Of a DNA stretch of 64,000 nt, positions 59,622-64,000 are shown in pieces. The notes below the pieces were generated by a model. That model had not been told where the DNA came from, did no database searches, and saw only the letters and a program-made list of their open reading frames with translations. This DNA comes from Thermoplasmatales archaeon (GTDB taxonomy: Archaea; Thermoplasmatota; Thermoplasmata; Thermoplasmatales; GCA-001856825): the NCBI GenBank assembly GCA_026127935.1, contig JAJSLL010000007.1:4574-68573 (forward strand). The letters run 5' to 3'. Made by a program: the position numbers and the translations under genes. The number at the start of each line of letters is the position of its first letter. Position 1 is the first letter of the stretch.

Positions 59622-61169
59622 ATGCCATTTGACAATGAGAACACCTATATCAAAATGGTTGAAAAAAAAGAAGAGGATCTATTTCACAAGAAATTCGATG
59701 AAAGTGCAGAAAGTGTGAAGAAACTTTTTGAAAAAGAGTACCCAAACCTGGTGAATGGAGAGGTGATAGAACAAGAAAAACTCATTCACCTTTCTCCCCT
59801 TGATGGAAAGACCCGGGTTGGTACATTCCAGATGTCTACGAAGGAAACTTCGCAAAAGGCTGTCAAGATTGCGAGAGAAAACTACAAGGAATGGTATTCG
59901 AGGGGATATCTTGCCAGAAGCGAGATATTCATGAGGGCAGCAGACTTGCTTTCCAAGGAGAAATTTGAACTTTCAGCCCTACTGAGTTATGAAAATGGAA
60001 AGAATAGATACGAGGCTATGGGTGATGTCGATGAGGCGATCGATTTCGTCAGGTACTACGCCCTGAATCTGTTGGAAAACCAGGGCTTCTCAAAATTCAC
60101 CGGAACGGCATATTACGGGGAAGACTCGAAGAGTGTGATGAAACCTTACGGAGTTTTCCTAGTAGTGGCACCTTTCAACTTCTTTTCGATTACGGTTGGA
60201 ATGGTCAGCGGTCCTCTACTTGTAGGCAACAGCGTTATTCTGAAACCTTCGTCGGATATCCCCCTTTCATCTTACAAGTTTGTTGAACTCATGCACAAGG
60301 CAGGAGTTCCAAGGTCAAATCTGATATATCTTTCTGGATCGGGTGGAAGGGTGGGAAGGACGCTCTACACCGACGATGGAGTTGATGGCATTGTCTTCAC
60401 GGGAAGCAGGGATATCGGTACGAAAATTTACAAAGAGTCTCAGGAAAGGAGACCGAAGGTGGCGGTCACAGAGATGGGTGGGAAGGACACCATAATCGTC
60501 ACGGACAAGTGTGATTTGGATAAGGCTGTTGAGGGCGTTGCGAGATCAGCGTTTGGGTACAACGGTCAGAAATGTTCCGCAGCAAGTCTTGCCTTGATTG
60601 ACGAAAAACTCTACGATACCTTCAAGAAGAAAATCGTAGACTTCAGCTCCAAACTGATTATTGATGACCCGAGGAAGAAGGGAACCTTCGTTGGACCGAT
60701 CATTAACAGGGAAGCGTACGACAAATTCCAGAGAATAATGGAGACAGTTCCCGCGGACAAAGTACTGCTTGGTGGAAAGAAGATTCCAAGGGAAGGGTTC
60801 TATGTCGAGAACACAATTCTTGATAATGTTGGAGATCCGAACATCGAAAGAGTAGAGCTCTTCTTGCCGATCCTTGCTCTCAAACCGATCAAGTCTCTTC
60901 AGGAAGCGGTCGATTTCGTCAACAGCATGGAATACGGGCTGACTGGCGGCATTTTCTCGGAGGACAAGAAAGAGATAGACTACTACTTCAACAATGCTGA
61001 TGTTGGGGTCATCTATGCAAACAGGAGAAGAGGAGGATCTACGGGGGCGATGGTAGGTTCACAACCATTCGTGGGATGGAAATGGAGTGGCACGTCAGGT
61101 AAGGGGACGGGTTCCTTCTACTACCTTCAGCAATTCCTGAGAGAACAGGCCCAGACGATAGTCAGGTAG
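59622..61169 (+). CDS. Aldehyde dehydrogenase, probable 1-pyrroline-5-carboxylate dehydrogenase
   Basis: DVDEAIDFVRYY, APFNF, FTGS, EMGGKD, FGYNGQKCSA, YGLTGG, STGAMVGSQPFVG. Confidence 0.85.
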   Translation: MPFDNENTYIKMVEKKEEDLFHKKFDESAESVKKLFEKEYPNLVNGEVIEQEKLIHLSPLDGKTRVGTFQMSTKETSQKAVKIARENYKEWYSRGYLARSEIFMRAADLLSKEKFELSALLSYENGKNRYEAMGDVDEAIDFVRYYALNLLENQGFSKFTGTAYYGEDSKSVMKPYGVFLVVAPFNFFSITVGMVSGPLLVGNSVILKPSSDIPLSSYKFVELMHKAGVPRSNLIYLSGSGGRVGRTLYTDDGVDGIVFTGSRDIGTKIYKESQERRPKVAVTEMGGKDTIIVTDKCDLDKAVEGVARSAFGYNGQKCSAASLALIDEKLYDTFKKKIVDFSSKLIIDDPRKKGTFVGPIINREAYDKFQRIMETVPADKVLLGGKKIPREGFYVENTILDNVGDPNIERVELFLPILALKPIKSLQEAVDFVNSMEYGLTGGIFSEDKKEIDYYFNNADVGVIYANRRRGGSTGAMVGSQPFVGWKWSGTSGKGTGSFYYLQQFLREQAQTIVR

Positions 61170-62496
61170 TCTCATTATTTTTCATGAGTTCGTTCACTTT
61201 TTCAACGAACTCAACTTCTTTACCCACTGGCACGATTGCACCTGCAGCATTTCTGTGACCTCCGCCGGAGCCTCCTAGGGTATCGGCTGCCTGCCGGAAG
61301 ATAACCGAGAGATCCACCCTTTCCGAAAGTTCAAGAGATATTCTGGCCGATATTTTCTTCGTGTTTCCCAGGTTTGCCATTACAACCACGACAGTTGTCT
61401 TCGGGACGTTCATGTGAGTAATGATCCTCGTTGCGAGGGTGCCCGTTATATTGTTTTGCAATTTTTCTCCAAAGTCATAATAAAGAACGTTCCCGACCGT
61501 TTTGCCCTCTGCAGCTTCCAGTGCTTTCGATGCGTTTCTAAGGGAATCAAGGTGGTCCGAATAGAGCTGCATTGCCTCCTTCATGACTTCTCCCCTCTCA
61601 AAGAGACACAACCTAATTCCAACATCTGGTTTCCCCTTTCTTGAAGTTGCATTGATCAGTGAAGAGAAGTCCCTTAGGTCTTTGATCATTGAAGTTGTTG
61701 GTTCTCCTTTCATTTCATAGACTTCGCCGATTAGACGACTGGAATCCCCCCCTCCCCTTTCAACCATGTCCTTGAGGTCCGCAATCAACTCTTCCTTCTT
61801 TTTCTGGTCAAGGTCCAACCATCTTATCGACTTGAGATTTCTCCTATCAAAACCGTGACCTGATAGGAAATCGGCAACGGCGTTTGGGTTATCGTAGAGA
61901 GACTTTATTCTCGGATCGTTACCGAATCTCAGCATGTATGAAACTGATTTTGAGCTCCTTCCATAATACCTTATGTCTTCCTTCACCTCAATGATCCCCA
62001 TATTCTTAGCCAGAAGCATTATCTCTCTGTCCGTGCCCACCAGCCTTCCAAATTTCTTGTCGTGGAGGTCCCCCACCGATCCGATGACTGGGAGATGAGA
62101 AACAGCTGAAACTTCTGAAAGAACATTGGTTGCAAAGAGGAAGGAAGTTGTCGACCCGGATTGTGAAATGCTCCCATCCAGCCCCTCCAGGTGTGGGTTG
62201 AACTGATAGATGTTGTTTCCATCCTTTGTGTAGTGCGTTTCCATCACTATTGGAGTGTGATGATCTGTAACTATTCCACTCACGTTTCTCATGTCATTTA
62301 GTCGGGCAGAGCCCATGTCATTAAACCAGTAGATGTCAGAGCCCCCAAAAACGTCCTGCGGAGTCAGTTGATTTCTGATAGTAACCTCATAATTGAGACC
62401 CAATCTTTTTGCTACAAAGACTGCAATCGCTGCGGATGCTATTCCATCTGCATCATGATGAGAAAAGATCCTGAGTTTCTTCGCGGAGGTGACCAT
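61162..62496 (-). CDS. Second RecJ-like DHH phosphoesterase
   Basis: SHHDADG, NDMGS, TDHH, NPH, GSVGD, GGGHRNAAG. Confidence 0.88.
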   Translation of the reverse strand: MVTSAKKLRIFSHHDADGIASAAIAVFVAKRLGLNYEVTIRNQLTPQDVFGGSDIYWFNDMGSARLNDMRNVSGIVTDHHTPIVMETHYTKDGNNIYQFNPHLEGLDGSISQSGSTTSFLFATNVLSEVSAVSHLPVIGSVGDLHDKKFGRLVGTDREIMLLAKNMGIIEVKEDIRYYGRSSKSVSYMLRFGNDPRIKSLYDNPNAVADFLSGHGFDRRNLKSIRWLDLDQKKKEELIADLKDMVERGGGDSSRLIGEVYEMKGEPTTSMIKDLRDFSSLINATSRKGKPDVGIRLCLFERGEVMKEAMQLYSDHLDSLRNASKALEAAEGKTVGNVLYYDFGEKLQNNITGTLATRIITHMNVPKTTVVVVMANLGNTKKISARISLELSERVDLSVIFRQAADTLGGSGGGHRNAAGAIVPVGKEVEFVEKVNELMKNNETT

Positions 62497-62509
62497 TTCG
62501 ACTGCTTCG

Positions 62510-63541
62510 CTAATCGTTTAATATCACCTCACTGATTGGTACGCCGGTTTTGTCTTCTACCTCGCAGAAATTCTTCCAAGCCTCTTGGCACTCACAATTC
62601 AGGTCTTCGAGATATCGATAGTCTAAAGTTTCGCTGAACAACCTTATCCTTTCCGAGAATTTCCTGTCACAGCTGTGACCGTTGTGAGCGCCTCTCTTCT
62701 TTCCTGACGCAGTTACAAGTGAGACAACTGGAACATCGATGTCCCTTAGAGATTGGAGTACGGTCACCACCGTCCAAAGCCAAGGTGGCCGGTAACTGCC
62801 CTCTTTGTACATACTTTCAACTAGAGTGCCTCTTTGTATGTTCATTGGGTTGATTGAAATGAAGTCGCTGTACTGAGCAAGATCCCTTGAAGACTTTACC
62901 GAGTCTCTAAGAGCCTCGTTTTCTGTTAGGAATGGTGGCTTAAGTAGAAGATACGTCCTGACCGATATGCCATTTTCTCTCAGCAGTTTAGCGGCTTCCT
63001 TGAAGTCTTCGAAGTCGTAATTCTTATTCACTGAATTCTTCAAGATTGATGGGTCGGTGCTTTCAAGGCCAATTGCAACCTGCACTTTCCCCGAGTACTT
63101 CTTGAGCTTCTCAACCACTTTGGCGATGTACTCAGGTCTGCTCTCTACGATGAGGTGGGCATAACCCTGGAGCACCCTATCAATGATTGTGAACTGTACT
63201 CCGGCATCTATTTCTATCGGATCGAAGAAGGAACCTGATGTGAATATCTTCAAGACTTCTCCATTGGGAAACTCCCCCAGGAAAGTGTTGACCTGATTTT
63301 CAATCTCCTCTTTCCCTATCTCTGGGTTCGTGTCGTCCCAGTATCCGCACATCGAACACCCAGAATGATAACTCCAGCTACACCCCCTGGTTCTTAGAAT
63401 CAATACTCTCTCAACAGTCGTCTTGCCATCAAAAAATTCCTTTTCGGTATACGTTGTCACGTAGTCCGTCCTACCATTTCTCCCGATTGCATTCCTAATC
63501 CTCGCTATTTCACCCGCGAAGTGGGGATCGACCTTATTCAT
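62510..63541 (-). CDS. Archaeosine biosynthesis radical SAM protein RaSEA-like
   Basis: LRTRGCSW..GCSMCGY, KIFTSGSF, ESRPEY, IGLES, YLLLKPPFL, YRPPWLW, RGAHN. Confidence 0.88.
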   Translation of the reverse strand: MNKVDPHFAGEIARIRNAIGRNGRTDYVTTYTEKEFFDGKTTVERVLILRTRGCSWSYHSGCSMCGYWDDTNPEIGKEEIENQVNTFLGEFPNGEVLKIFTSGSFFDPIEIDAGVQFTIIDRVLQGYAHLIVESRPEYIAKVVEKLKKYSGKVQVAIGLESTDPSILKNSVNKNYDFEDFKEAAKLLRENGISVRTYLLLKPPFLTENEALRDSVKSSRDLAQYSDFISINPMNIQRGTLVESMYKEGSYRPPWLWTVVTVLQSLRDIDVPVVSLVTASGKKRGAHNGHSCDRKFSERIRLFSETLDYRYLEDLNCECQEAWKNFCEVEDKTGVPISEVILND

Positions 63542-63680
63542 TGTTTCGATTATCGATGTGAATTATAAAACCGTTTTGAAATAATCCCTTCGTGTTATGC
63601 TTTTTGGGGGTTTGAAGACCCCATTGTTATATATAAAAAAGGTATGCTAATGATTTTTTACCCGGAAATAATGGGAAGGC

Positions 63681-64000
63681 ATGTGCAGGATGCTCCTGTC
63701 GATAGGGAATTATTCTGACCTCACTCAATATATGGATTTCCTCTATGAGATGGCAAATGAGGGCAAGCACTCTCCTCACCACGACGGTTTTGGTTACGTC
63801 TTGTACTCAAAGAATGAAATAATGGTTCAGAAGAGTATAGAACCAATTCGCAAAGTGGATGGGTTGTACGGAACTGCGCTCATTGCACATGCGAGAAAGA
63901 AGAGTTCCTCCACAGGTTCATTGATCAATACCCAACCCTTCCTATCTGATAATGTCTCCTTTGCCCATAACGGCACGATAAAGAAGTTGGGAAAGCGAGG
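63681..64000 (+). CDS. Class II (Ntn) glutamine amidotransferase, YafJ/EgtC-like; runs off the window
   Basis: Own translation: MCRML..HHDGFGY..IAHARK..NTQPF..FAHNGTI. Confidence 0.85.
   Translation, partial: MCRMLLSIGNYSDLTQYMDFLYEMANEGKHSPHHDGFGYVLYSKNEIMVQKSIEPIRKVDGLYGTALIAHARKKSSSTGSLINTQPFLSDNVSFAHNGTIKKLGKR

Noticed and set aside
1-64000. CRISPR array, rRNA genes, provirus or integrase
   Set aside because: No regularly spaced repeats, rRNA-like stretches, or recombinase/capsid-like ORFs were seen

Overview
A 64 kb piece of archaeal chromosome, most likely Thermoplasmata/Thermoplasmatales-like. This assignment is inferred from gene content: archaeal uS15, phosphopantothenate synthetase, RibL, AsnRS-like AsnA, MptA-type GTP cyclohydrolase, RaSEA, split transketolase plus transaldolase, a tRNA without encoded CCA, and TATA-box leaderless genes. 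Most of the window is housekeeping and metabolism: malic enzyme, citrate synthase, mdh, tkt/tal, carAB, a Dpp/Opp ABC transporter, Lhr, two RecJ-like DHH proteins, hsp20 with a Phr/HSR-type regulator, and dsrE-tusA-sqr. Five things are not evident from the ORF track. (1) A 2,821 bp ISH3/IS4-type cargo transposon at 7925-10745 has perfect 12 bp TIRs and a 5 bp GTTAT target duplication. It carries a transposase, a DUF2080 gene and a broken secreted G1 (eqolisin-type) glutamic peptidase. (2) A translationally coupled operon at 604-3214 encodes a helical protein, an SPFH protein with three Zn ribbons and a YdjG-like Zn-ribbon protein, none with an obvious membrane anchor. (3) A canonical dual-guide box C/D sRNA lies at 49216-49281 on the minus strand. 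(4) A 19-aa basic/acidic peptide ORF with its own TATA box and SD overlaps the start of a RimI-like acetyltransferase. (5) A MYG1/DHH-like gene sits inside the tkt-tal operon, and a bactofilin-like gene is also present. All family assignments come from motif recognition only; no database search was run.
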